A stretch of 64,000 nucleotides of DNA from IMG/VR virus record IMGVR_UViG_3300033073_001027, positions 1 to 64,000 of that record; one strand, given 5' to 3'. The notes beneath the pieces were generated by a model. It saw nothing but the letters and a program-made list of their open reading frames with translations, made no database searches and was not told where the DNA came from. This document shows, piece by piece, positions 29,634 through 38,195 of this stretch (position 1 is the first letter of the stretch; every line of letters starts with the position of its first letter). Origin of the DNA: a virus. Lineage: Duplodnaviria; Caudoviricetes. Both the position numbers and the translations under genes were made by a program.

Positions 29634-29801
29634 TTAATATTTTTGCGCTGTATCATAATAATCATCATAGTCATCATCTTCTTGACTACTCGAGTATTTA
29701 TACAAGTTTTTACGATGTTTACGCGACTTGTTAACATCTTTCTCATTATGACGAATTTTAAATGCATCGTCATAATAATCTCTACGGCGAGACTTGCTCA
29801 T
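29634..29801 (-). CDS. Small hypothetical protein, 55 aa, basic N-terminus and acidic C-terminus
   Basis: Read manually: MSKSRRRDYYDDAFKIRHNEKDVNKSRKHRKNLYKYSSSQEDDDYDDYYDTAQKY*. It fills the gp59-gp32 gap and is preceded by a GGAG-containing sequence. Confidence 0.6.
   Translation of the reverse strand: MSKSRRRDYYDDAFKIRHNEKDVNKSRKHRKNLYKYSSSQEDDDYDDYYDTAQKY
29695..29702 (-). promoter_or_regulatory. T4-type late promoter TATAAATA upstream of gp32
   Basis: Exact motif about 90 nt upstream of the gp32 start. Confidence 0.6.
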
Positions 29802-29802
29802 A

Positions 29803-30387
29803 TTAGTTTACCACCACTCCGATCTCCTTTTGATATAGGTGAGTAAATTTTTCTTTGTCTATCTTAACAAATGGTCGATACTTCTTTACCAAATGCGTGA
29901 AATCATTCCACATAAAATCATTCGATAGAGAACCGTAATCTCTAGAAGTAAATTTAATGATTTTATCCAAAATAGCAATAGATTCTAGAGAAATTTTTCC
30001 ACCCATATACAATTTAAAGATGTTTGGGTGTTGACCATCAACTGACAGCAATGGATCGCCATCAGCATACATGGTATATAAGTCTTGTTTGAATTGATAA
30101 GTTAGTTTTTGCATTTTATATGTCCACTGAGTATAAACCTCAGCAGATTCTGAATCAAAAACTCCACCCCAGCGATTGCCTGACACAAAATTAGAAACAA
30201 GGAAATCGATAATTTCCTGCTTTGTTTTTGTTTCTGCAAGTTTTCTGATAGCAAACAAATCTTTTCTCTTTAGAAATGCTTGCTTTGACGGACGAACTCC
30301 GCCTTTCGTTTTTGTGATGTCATATTTTTCATTGGTGAAATGCAATCTTAGTGCCAAGTATAATCGATAAACCGCATACGGGTCCAT
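29803..30387 (-). CDS. gp59: Helicase loader gp59
   Basis: YRLYLALRLHFTNEKYD...FLKRKD...FLVSNFV...ISLES...KKYRPFV; gp33-gp59-gp32 synteny. Confidence 0.88.
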   Translation of the reverse strand: MDPYAVYRLYLALRLHFTNEKYDITKTKGGVRPSKQAFLKRKDLFAIRKLAETKTKQEIIDFLVSNFVSGNRWGGVFDSESAEVYTQWTYKMQKLTYQFKQDLYTMYADGDPLLSVDGQHPNIFKLYMGGKISLESIAILDKIIKFTSRDYGSLSNDFMWNDFTHLVKKYRPFVKIDKEKFTHLYQKEIGVVVN

Positions 30388-30653
30388 TAGATAGGCAACC
30401 TCCCAGAATCGCTCTTGAGCATATTGAGGTTTTGTGCTTCCACCCGAATCTTTTCCTTCAAAGAGGAACTGATAAGAGAGGCGACAGAGTCCACTTCAAT
30501 TTGACGCTTTTCGCAATAATCAATCAAAACATCCATGCAAGGCATATTTGATTCCTTTGCGATTTTCTCAATATGAATAGAGAACTCTGTCGCTGATTTG
30601 AATTGCTTGGTAATCAAGAATTCGTCAGTTGTAGGAATTTCTTCCAATGTCAT
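30387..30653 (-). CDS. gp33: Late transcription coactivator gp33
   Basis: FSIHIEKI...MDVLIDYCE...ISSSLKEKIRVEA..LNML.....LPI motif. Confidence 0.9.
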   Translation of the reverse strand: MTLEEIPTTDEFLITKQFKSATEFSIHIEKIAKESNMPCMDVLIDYCEKRQIEVDSVASLISSSLKEKIRVEAQNLNMLKSDSGRLPI

Positions 30654-30656
30654 AGT

Positions 30657-31256
30657 TTATCCTGCATAAAAAATATGTCTACCAATTTTACCGACACGCT
30701 CTAATCTCCATCCAGGATTAACATAATCCGCATGATAGAAAAGCACGTTTCTTGAAACAATATTACTAGTTTTTATCTCTGAAGTCAATACTTTTTCAGC
30801 GATTTGTTTTGCTTCAGCGTAAACAACAGGATTAGGAGAGTACTTTCTCATACATGTCCAAGAAAATTGACATGTTCCACCTGTTCGCTGATAAACGACT
30901 GAACAAACTGATTTTGGAAATTTGGGATTCTTAACCCGATTGACAGTTACACCCGCAACTGCTATCTTACCAGCAGTCGGTTCGTGTCCAGCTTCGTAAT
31001 ATATGTTATCCGCAAGGCATTTAATTTCTCTGCGATTTGCGGAGATATACTTTCGTTTTTCTTGCTTTCTAACTTCTTCTTTTACATCTTCAATATTTTT
31101 ATTCACGGTTTCGAGTTTATTGTAAGACGCTGCAGAGAAATCTAATGCAGTGTCTTCAATTCTTTCTTTAGCAAAATTTAAAGCAATGTAATAACCTAAT
31201 ATCAGTGCTAGTATAATAGAAAGAATTTTCAATGACTTCTTGTTGAAGGAAGGCAT
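30657..31256 (-). CDS. Cell wall hydrolase, SleB/Hydrolase_2 family, with N-terminal membrane anchor
   Basis: CLADNIYYEAGHE...AVAGVTVNRV...CSVVYQ...CQFSW...FYHADYVNPGW...IGRHIFY; hydrophobic residues ~9-29. Confidence 0.9.
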   Translation of the reverse strand: MPSFNKKSLKILSIILALILGYYIALNFAKERIEDTALDFSAASYNKLETVNKNIEDVKEEVRKQEKRKYISANRREIKCLADNIYYEAGHEPTAGKIAVAGVTVNRVKNPKFPKSVCSVVYQRTGGTCQFSWTCMRKYSPNPVVYAEAKQIAEKVLTSEIKTSNIVSRNVLFYHADYVNPGWRLERVGKIGRHIFYAG

Positions 31257-31399
31257 TTACTATTCCTTAGATTGTTAAACTTGAGAGGTTTTGATACTAC
31301 AGTGACTCCCCACACTGTGATGAAAAATGGAACCAAGAGGTTCCATACAACTATTTATCGGTATTAACCTTTCTGTTCGCTCGGTTCACCGTCGAAAAA

Positions 31400-31716
31400 G
31401 AACGGTTGGAGGTTTTATTCTGTTTCGAGGAAAAACCGCCAAAAACCCAATGCTAGCTTAAGCAGCTAGAGCAAAGGCAACGTCATTATCGTTTGCATTT
31501 ACATTTAGTGGCACTTTGCCAGTCAATCAGTCTCGGACGTCCTATTCCACGAAAATCGATCCTAGTTCACCCCCATCAACTACACACTGGCGACAATATT
31601 AAAGACCTTTGCTCTTATCATCGGGACGGTCATGCGAGGACCAATGTGTAGATGGTGGAGGTGGTGGGAGTCGCACCCACGTCTTTCCGCCTTTATTGTT
31701 GCCTGTCAACAACTGA
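31400..31716 (-). ncRNA. ssrA: Circularly permuted (two-piece) tmRNA; tag peptide ANDNDVAFALAA
   Basis: Minus-strand order: acceptor piece ending GTGGG-TGCGACT-CCCAC-CACCTCC-A-CCA (3' end 31653), intervening segment 31575-31652, then a coding piece starting GGGGGTG (31574) with the tag ORF at 31496-31458. The acceptor stem has a G3-U70 pair. Outer boundaries are approximate. Confidence 0.92.
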
Positions 31717-31721
31717 TAATC

Positions 31722-31752
31722 TATTTATACTATAGAATTCTTTAGAAGTCAA
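31722..31752 (-). promoter_or_regulatory. Overlapping sigma70-like (TTGACT-17-TATAAA) and late (TATAAATA) promoters for the tmRNA
   Basis: TTGACT at 31752-31747; TATAAATA at 31729-31722. Confidence 0.7.
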
Positions 31753-32429
31753 TCCAAATAATAACCATTTTCAAAAAAATCTCTCGTTCTGATCAATTCT
31801 TTCGTCCAGTCATCGCGACGTTCGATAAACACCTGAGGTTCATCATCTTCGACTGCAATCAGAATAACCAACCAAGGAACAGGAATCCCAGTCCGCTCTT
31901 CATACATGATAGCATATGCTGCTGCTTGCATAAAGTAAGAGTGAATCTGTGACTTATACTTTGCTTTGTTGGCAGTCTTGAAGTCGATAACTGCACGTTT
32001 GCCTTCGTATTCAGCAATACAGTCTACGCGACCTGCCATACGCAGGTGATCACTGTAAAGTGCAAGTTCCTGGCAATGAATGTCGCCGATAGAATCGAGA
32101 ACAGACTTAAATTTGTTAAACATCTCGATATCTAGTATCGACGCCTTTGTCGTAGCGTATGCGTCGTAAATATCTTCGTTTTTGAGATATGCTTCAGTCA
32201 GTGAGTGGATCTTAGTTCCACGAGTAGTTGCTTTGCGCGAAACCTTGTTCGCTTCTTCTTCGCCAACACGCTTACGCCAAGCAGCGATAGCATCCCGAGA
32301 AAGAACCGACAAAACAGTGGTAGCAGAAGGATACGCAGTGCCAGAGGCATTTACGTAAACTCTGCTACCATCTTCGTTCGTTGTCGATTGAGCGAAATCT
32401 TCATAGTCATATATCGTTTTAAACATCAT
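31749..32429 (-). CDS. PD-(D/E)XK exonuclease (phage RecB/Cas4-like)
   Basis: YPSATTVLS...RGTKIH...AGRVDCIAEY...IDFKT...YFMQAAAYAIM motifs. Confidence 0.88.
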   Translation of the reverse strand: MMFKTIYDYEDFAQSTTNEDGSRVYVNASGTAYPSATTVLSVLSRDAIAAWRKRVGEEEANKVSRKATTRGTKIHSLTEAYLKNEDIYDAYATTKASILDIEMFNKFKSVLDSIGDIHCQELALYSDHLRMAGRVDCIAEYEGKRAVIDFKTANKAKYKSQIHSYFMQAAAYAIMYEERTGIPVPWLVILIAVEDDEPQVFIERRDDWTKELIRTRDFFENGYYLD

Positions 32430-32434
32430 AAACC

Positions 32435-32462
32435 ATTATACTAAAAACTGCAAAAAAGTCAA
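32435..32462 (-). promoter_or_regulatory. sigma70-like promoter TTGACT-16-TATAAT
   Basis: Near-consensus elements directly upstream of the exonuclease start. Confidence 0.65.
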
Positions 32463-32749
32463 GCTTGTTTTGCTAAAATAAATTCTCTCAATCCAGTTTT
32501 ATACGTAAAATACGCTTGGATTTCTTCTGCATTTTCTGTGACAGCACCACTATCCAACGCATCTTGCATTTCTTGGATTTCTCTAGTAAGAGTTTGCTGT
32601 CTGGTCGCAAAATCTTCTGCAGAGGGATCCAACGAATTTAACTCGTTTTGTAGAGATACCACTCTACCTTCAGCAAGTTCTTTGGGAAGAAGTGGTTCAG
32701 AAGTAAACCCTTCTAATGTTGCTTGGTACTCTTGTTCTACGGTAGTCAT
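32459..32749 (-). CDS. Hypothetical acidic helical protein
   Basis: ORF track; start reassigned to MTTVEQ after an AAGGA RBS. Confidence 0.7.
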   Translation of the reverse strand: MTTVEQEYQATLEGFTSEPLLPKELAEGRVVSLQNELNSLDPSAEDFATRQQTLTREIQEMQDALDSGAVTENAEEIQAYFTYKTGLREFILAKQA

Positions 32750-32759
32750 TTTTTTTCCT

Positions 32760-33512
32760 TTATGCTGCGTAACGTGATTCGTATTCCATTCTCGCAATTA
32801 TATATTCTTTTACGAGTTTCGAACGAACGATATCGTCTACAGTAAATTCAACGGTTTTAAATGAAGGCATCATGTCAGCGATTGCCAGAAACTTTTGCAA
32901 TCCAGACATATCGTTCTTCTTATATAGGTCAGTTTGGCGGAAGTCGCCGCAGAAAATAACCTTAGAATTCTTACCGACGCGAGTCATAATTGAATTGAGT
33001 TCCATATCTGTCATATTCTGACATTCATCAACAATGACGATGGAATTATCTAGAGTGATACCACGAACAAACGAGGTGATCATAAATGCAACTGACTTTT
33101 GTTCTTGTAATCTCTGAAATGGTTGGATATGATTGAACAAATCTTCGCAGATTTCTACATATGGTAAAGTATAAACTTCTGTCTTTTCTTTTTCATCACC
33201 TGGAAGGTGACCGATATCCCTTGATGGAACAGCAGAGCGAACAATAATTACTCGTTCGAAATTTGTTGTATTGTCTAATACTTCTTCCAATGCTTTGTAT
33301 AGTGCGATATATGTTTTTCCTGTTCCTGCTACTCCATGTAATAACATTGCGGTGGACTGTTTATCATATAACTCAAAAAAAGTTCTTTGATTTTGATTTA
33401 GCGGAGAAATTTGTTTGAGATCATTATAGTGGACTTTGCAATTTCTGCTCTTCTCCTGAATTACAGTAGGCGAATCGACGAGGTGGAGATTATTTTTTTG
33501 TTTTCTCGACAT
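32760..33512 (-). CDS. phoH: PhoH-like ATPase
   Basis: GVAGTGKT Walker A, RSAV...IGHLPG, VRGITLDN..VIVDECQN and TRVG...CGDFRQTDL motifs. Confidence 0.95.
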   Translation of the reverse strand: MSRKQKNNLHLVDSPTVIQEKSRNCKVHYNDLKQISPLNQNQRTFFELYDKQSTAMLLHGVAGTGKTYIALYKALEEVLDNTTNFERVIIVRSAVPSRDIGHLPGDEKEKTEVYTLPYVEICEDLFNHIQPFQRLQEQKSVAFMITSFVRGITLDNSIVIVDECQNMTDMELNSIMTRVGKNSKVIFCGDFRQTDLYKKNDMSGLQKFLAIADMMPSFKTVEFTVDDIVRSKLVKEYIIARMEYESRYAA

Positions 33513-33539
33513 AACAGTCCCTTGGGTTTGTGTTGATAC

Positions 33540-33567
33540 AAAAAAGGCGACGCAAATAGCGTCGCCT
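33540..33567 (-). terminator. Rho-independent terminator
   Basis: AGGCGACGC-tattt-GCGTCGCCT followed by a T tract on the minus strand, downstream of the DenV-like gene. Confidence 0.75.
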
Positions 33568-33599
33568 CGAAATTATCCGTTTTTCACGGAATTGAAAAA

Positions 33600-34169
33600 T
33601 CAGGAAGTGGAATCTTGTTCGTTCTCATGTAAGTATTTATTACTCCACCACTCTGGAACTGGTCGATTTTTCCACTTTGCAAAACTTTTTTTCGCACCGA
33701 TATAATAGTTACGATACGACTGAATCGAATCAGAAACCTTGTATTCGTCAGGCATAGCAGGAGTAGGTTGCGTCAGATAACCGACTGGAATATTCTTCGG
33801 TGGTTTACGCAACCAATAGACAAGACGATCGGTAGCATGAATCTTGCCATATCGATGTGTATATTCCTGCAATAATTCTGTAAACAAGCAGAACAACCAA
33901 GTATAATTGTTGTTGGACTGGCGAACCCAGAGAGCACTGGGGTGATTGATATGAGATGCCTTGTATAGATTCTGTTCCATCGCCTGATCGTCAAGCCGCC
34001 AACGCTTGATGCGTCGACCAGAGGATGCATCGATGTATTCCTCGCCATCTAGAATACGATGCGCAGTGGATAGGAGTTGCGCATACTCGATGATCATCTT
34101 GACGACATGCTTGTCAACATGCATCTCTGCGCATACGCGAGGTTCGGGATGTAGATAAAAAATGTTCAT
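33600..34169 (-). CDS. Pyrimidine-dimer DNA glycosylase/endonuclease V-like protein
   Basis: MNIFYL...CAEMHVDKHVVKMIIEYAQLLSTAH...HINHPS..W...EYTHRYGKIH...PAMPDEYK motifs. Confidence 0.75.
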   Translation of the reverse strand: MNIFYLHPEPRVCAEMHVDKHVVKMIIEYAQLLSTAHRILDGEEYIDASSGRRIKRWRLDDQAMEQNLYKASHINHPSALWVRQSNNNYTWLFCLFTELLQEYTHRYGKIHATDRLVYWLRKPPKNIPVGYLTQPTPAMPDEYKVSDSIQSYRNYYIGAKKSFAKWKNRPVPEWWSNKYLHENEQDSTS

Positions 34170-34175
34170 AATATA

Positions 34176-34457
34176 TTACTCGTCAAAAGGTAACTCTTGT
34201 ATATTGTCTAGGATTGCGTGCAGATGTTTTTTTGCACCATCACTAATTATACTCGATGTAGTAGCGAAGTCAATGCATTTCTTGACAAAAATCGGATCCA
34301 ATCCAACAAGATCCTCGGCAAAATACTTTTTTTCTGTATCTGGATATGTGTTCAATGCAACCAATACCAATTCCACTTCATAGTCCGTATATAATGTTAT
34401 ACGGTATCTGCGTGGAAAAGGCAATAGTTTATCAGGAAATTTTAATATCTCTGCCAT
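34176..34457 (-). CDS. Hypothetical protein
   Basis: ORF track; start reassigned to MAEILKFP, preceded by an AATAAATA late-promoter variant. Confidence 0.6.
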   Translation of the reverse strand: MAEILKFPDKLLPFPRRYRITLYTDYEVELVLVALNTYPDTEKKYFAEDLVGLDPIFVKKCIDFATTSSIISDGAKKHLHAILDNIQELPFDE

Positions 34458-35565
34458 CAATATATTTATTAGTTTGAAGAGTTTTGATGATAGTTTCCAA
34501 ACCATCCGACTCTTTTATTGCGTTGGAATATTCTAACCCAATAGAATAATCATAAAAGTCGCGATCTAGTGTATCGAGCAATTTAGTGGAGGTAAACTCT
34601 TCTGGTTGAATCACTGCACAGAAATGAGAGAAGTACTCAGAATTTTCAGAATTCTCTTGCATCTGCGGGACAATTATCTGCGGCGTATTTGATTCCAAAC
34701 ATTTTGCAATTGTTCCTATTCCACCATGATTTACTACTGCTCTTGATTGCGGGAACAGTAAATGATGTGCTAGTGTTTCGTTACAAACAAAAACATTTTC
34801 ATGTTCAACTTTGACATCTCCGAGTACGATCGAACGAATACCAGAAGATGCAACTTCTATAATATAATCTAAAAAGTTTTTTGGTTTTGTTTCGCCGCCA
34901 ATACCATAACCAAGAGTGTATACTACTGGAGGGGTTCCTGCGTCGATAAAATTTTGCATATCAATCGGCAATCCAGATTGATCATAATGTTGCATAAAAT
35001 TACCATAAACCAAATTTTCATGATCACCAGAATCATAAATCTTTTTTGGAAATAATGTAATCTTCAAATTATCATTCCGAAGAGGAGATAAACTTGTATA
35101 TGAATCTTTCGGCAATCCGAGCGCATACCTTCTCTCATTGAGACATTCCAACCAATATGAATTTAAGAATGCATCGCTGCTAGGATTATTTTTGATATAT
35201 TTTGGAGAAATTAGTAAGTCTACTTTTGGGATACAATAATAATCAGAAATTATTTTTGCCATTGGACATAGAGGGTGAGAAATAATCAAATCAATCCCAC
35301 TACAAATTTCTATCATCTTTGGAAGAAAAGACATAGAATGATTCATCAACAAATCTAATATCGGAAAAATAAAATCTTCATTTTTGCTGAAATCAACATC
35401 CATAACATTAACATATGGAATAGCATGAAAGTCAGCAACATCTTTTAAGTTATTTTCTGGGAGAACAAATATTACCTCATGACCAAGATCTTGTAATTTT
35501 TTACCAAGAGGAATAAATGGACTAATATCTCCATAGGAACCACCTGTATGTAGTAAAATCTTCAT
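34432..35565 (-). CDS. GT-B glycosyltransferase (GT1/GT28-like, NDP-sugar dependent)
   Basis: GSYGDISPFIPLGKKLQDLGHEV N-terminal motif; HHLLFP...VNHGGIGT...PQIIVP sugar-nucleotide-binding motif. Confidence 0.88.
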   Translation of the reverse strand: MKILLHTGGSYGDISPFIPLGKKLQDLGHEVIFVLPENNLKDVADFHAIPYVNVMDVDFSKNEDFIFPILDLLMNHSMSFLPKMIEICSGIDLIISHPLCPMAKIISDYYCIPKVDLLISPKYIKNNPSSDAFLNSYWLECLNERRYALGLPKDSYTSLSPLRNDNLKITLFPKKIYDSGDHENLVYGNFMQHYDQSGLPIDMQNFIDAGTPPVVYTLGYGIGGETKPKNFLDYIIEVASSGIRSIVLGDVKVEHENVFVCNETLAHHLLFPQSRAVVNHGGIGTIAKCLESNTPQIIVPQMQENSENSEYFSHFCAVIQPEEFTSTKLLDTLDRDFYDYSIGLEYSNAIKESDGLETIIKTLQTNKYIDGRDIKIS

Positions 35566-36992
35566 GAAAATACTCTAACACCATATGTCTGTTCGAACTC
35601 TCTGGCATCCTTTGAATTATTTACCATTGGTTTACCCTTTACGTTCAAACTTGTATTAAGTAGTATCGGGCACCCTGTTTCTTGGTACCATTGTCTGAGT
35701 AAAGTATAGAGACCAGGATGTTGCTCAAATGTCACAGTCTGGACACGACTTGTCCCATCAGCATGAACAATAGCAGGAAACTCATCAGGATATTTACATC
35801 TTGAAGTATACTGCATATACGGGGAGTCTTCCCATGACATTTCAAAGTAGTCTCTTGCATGTTCTGCCAGAATGACTGGAGCGAACGGACGAAATTTTTG
35901 TCGTTGTTTGATCTCATTAACTCTATCCTTGATGTCATGACCACGAGGATCGGCAAGTAAACTACGATTACCCAATGCTCTAGGTCCGAACTCTGCGCGA
36001 CCATTAGCAACCCCAACTATACCTGTTTTGTGTAGTTCTGTCAATAGTTTTTTGATTGGATATTCGTCGCCCATATCTGCACCAAGATATGGACCCTTCC
36101 AATTCAACTTTTGTCGATTATTAGCAGCGATAGCGCCAAGCGAACTTCCCGCATCACCAGGATTTGGCATAATCCAAACGTTCTTAAAATACTTTTTTGT
36201 GATATGATTGGCACTACAGTTTAGCGCACAACCACCCATCAGAACAAGATTGTTGCTATTTGTTAATTCAGTAGCAAGAATTACAAGTTTCTCAAACTCT
36301 TCCTCGTAAACTTTTTGAGTTGCTGATGCGACGCTATATACGTCCAAGACGTCATCAGTATGGCGCCACGCACGGCATCCGCGATGGAGGTTCTCGTGTT
36401 CCCAAAGACCTCGGACATCCGTGTAATATTTTTCTGAATCTCCGTATGCTGCCATTCCCATTAGAATGTATTCGTCTTCATTGGGTTTTAGTCCAATTCT
36501 ATCTGTCATAGCAGAATAGAACAGTCCCAGTGACTGCGGATACTTCATACTCCACAACTTCTTCATCTTCGACCCTCGGCACGACCAAATAGAAGCAGTA
36601 TCTAATTCGCCTATGGCATCAATAACCAGAACAGTTGCCTCTACAAATCGAGAAGTGTAAAATCCTGCAGCAGCGTGAGATTCGTGATGGTTGGCATATT
36701 CAAATACAGCATCTATACCGAAGTTCTTCTTCATATATCGAGAAGGGAAGAAATGTTGAAATCCTTGCCCTGCATAAAGTCTGCGGATTGTTCTCAGATA
36801 CGGTTTCTCGTACCAATGTATTTTTGTCGGAACACCATATTTCATTGCTTCGGTGATAATCTGATTGTTCAACCAAGGATCGTTCTTGATACCACTAAAA
36901 CGCTCTGCGTGACTTGCAAATAGAATTTCACTTCCATCAACTACAGCAATAGATGCATCATGTGCGCCAGCTGAAATACCCCATTCAATCAT
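35562..36992 (-). CDS. Carbamoyltransferase, NodU/CmcH family
   Basis: HDASIA...ERFS..KND, HHESHAA, DAIGE, EYILMGMAAYG, GGCALNC, EFGPRALGNRSLLADP, RPFAP, DGTSRVQTV and LLNTSLN motifs. Confidence 0.95.
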   Translation of the reverse strand: MIEWGISAGAHDASIAVVDGSEILFASHAERFSGIKNDPWLNNQIITEAMKYGVPTKIHWYEKPYLRTIRRLYAGQGFQHFFPSRYMKKNFGIDAVFEYANHHESHAAAGFYTSRFVEATVLVIDAIGELDTASIWSCRGSKMKKLWSMKYPQSLGLFYSAMTDRIGLKPNEDEYILMGMAAYGDSEKYYTDVRGLWEHENLHRGCRAWRHTDDVLDVYSVASATQKVYEEEFEKLVILATELTNSNNLVLMGGCALNCSANHITKKYFKNVWIMPNPGDAGSSLGAIAANNRQKLNWKGPYLGADMGDEYPIKKLLTELHKTGIVGVANGRAEFGPRALGNRSLLADPRGHDIKDRVNEIKQRQKFRPFAPVILAEHARDYFEMSWEDSPYMQYTSRCKYPDEFPAIVHADGTSRVQTVTFEQHPGLYTLLRQWYQETGCPILLNTSLNVKGKPMVNNSKDAREFEQTYGVRVFS

Positions 36993-37089
36993 AAATGAAA
37001 GGATCCATTTTTCTAATTGCCTTTAACCTCTGTTTAAGTTTCTTCTTATTTTGAAAATACTTAATAATCTTGAAAAATATTTTGATCAT
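36985..37089 (-). CDS. 34-aa peptide with C-terminal DPFIYD motif
   Basis: Read manually: MIKIFFKIIKYFQNKKKLKQRLKAIRKMDPFIYD*. It has a GGAG RBS, an ATGA overlap with the upstream rSAM stop, and overlaps the carbamoyltransferase start. Confidence 0.75.
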   Translation of the reverse strand: MIKIFFKIIKYFQNKKKLKQRLKAIRKMDPFIYD

Positions 37090-38195
37090 GTATATTCTCC
37101 GTATACTCTTAGAAGTTCTGGCCACAAGTCATATGATCTTGTTGATTTATTTAACATTTTATACTCAACTCCAGCAGTCCAAGAGTTAAAATTAACAAAA
37201 CTAGATTCTTTATCAATATTCAATAAATTTTTCCTAAATGACTGCAACGATTCAACGTTCGGGTTTCCAGAATATTTTTCCAAACATTCGTCAAGTTGCT
37301 GCAGTGCAATTGTTTTTATTTCTGGATGTTGATCGAATATGCTGAGAGAAGCAGGAGTAGTTAAACATTGCCAATATACATTAGCAAAATATTCAGAATT
37401 TAACACATAATCGCAATAGTCAATCAGACGCAAAGAAGAAAACAAAAAATATACTGGGTGCGCATTTAATTTTTTGCCAGTTTGTTCATATATTATTCTG
37501 AGATTTTCCTCGAATACTTTCCATGATGCGCCATGTCGAACATACTCGAATCTATCGCCTATTGTTTCAAAACTAACACCCCAGGTAACATTTGGATTTG
37601 AGATCATTTTTTGCGCAAGTAAATTTGTTTTGACATCATTTGTCAAATTAGTAAGAACATAATACTGTTTATCGGGCAGTAAATCCAACAATTTCAAATT
37701 TTGTTTTTGAAGTAGAGGTTCACCGCCCAATAAATTGATATTCTCTATAGTAGATAGATTAGTCGTAATAAAATCAAAAACATTAATTTCTGCAGCATCT
37801 TTGTTCGGAGTAGATTGTTCTTCTTTACTCAATGATGCCCATTTCGAACTAAACTGCGAGTTACAATAAACGCATGAAAGATTACATGTATTAGTCCATC
37901 GAACATCAAAATTAGTCAGCGTAAATTCTTCGGGTGTGTTTACCTTAATCACTGGAGGTTTTCGTTGAGAATTTCCGCCAACTGCTTCTATCTTTTTACA
38001 ATACGAACAATTTTTTTCATGCCATTCACCCTTAAACATCGCTGCTCGAATATCATTGGATTTTTCATTGTTTAATATTTGTTCTAGCGGTTCTTCGTTT
38101 ATGTTACCAAGAGTTACATCTGATGCACAGCAAAATTTCACTTCTCCATTTGTATTAAGAAAAAAAGAATCAAATGGATAAGAACACAAAGGCAT
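37086..38195 (-). CDS. Radical SAM protein with N-terminal twitch/SPASM-like domain (copy 8)
   Basis: CNLSCVYC, GGEPLL; N-terminal CSYPF...FCC...CSYC. Confidence 0.92.
   Translation of the reverse strand: MPLCSYPFDSFFLNTNGEVKFCCASDVTLGNINEEPLEQILNNEKSNDIRAAMFKGEWHEKNCSYCKKIEAVGGNSQRKPPVIKVNTPEEFTLTNFDVRWTNTCNLSCVYCNSQFSSKWASLSKEEQSTPNKDAAEINVFDFITTNLSTIENINLLGGEPLLQKQNLKLLDLLPDKQYYVLTNLTNDVKTNLLAQKMISNPNVTWGVSFETIGDRFEYVRHGASWKVFEENLRIIYEQTGKKLNAHPVYFLFSSLRLIDYCDYVLNSEYFANVYWQCLTTPASLSIFDQHPEIKTIALQQLDECLEKYSGNPNVESLQSFRKNLLNIDKESSFVNFNSWTAGVEYKMLNKSTRSYDLWPELLRVYGEYT

Noticed and set aside
31653-31700. tRNA-Ala gene (T-arm plus CCA end)
   Set aside because: There is no anticodon arm, and the matching 5' acceptor strand lies downstream. 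It is the acceptor piece of the permuted tmRNA.
31749-32429. Cas4/CRISPR system
   Set aside because: It is a stand-alone phage exonuclease; I saw no repeat-spacer array or other cas genes in the window.
36985-37089. RiPP precursor peptide for the radical SAM array
   Set aside because: There is no leader/core architecture, RRE domain, protease or transporter nearby. Coupling to the carbamoyltransferase and the PFIY motif fit a carrier/accessory role better, though a precursor role is not fully excluded.
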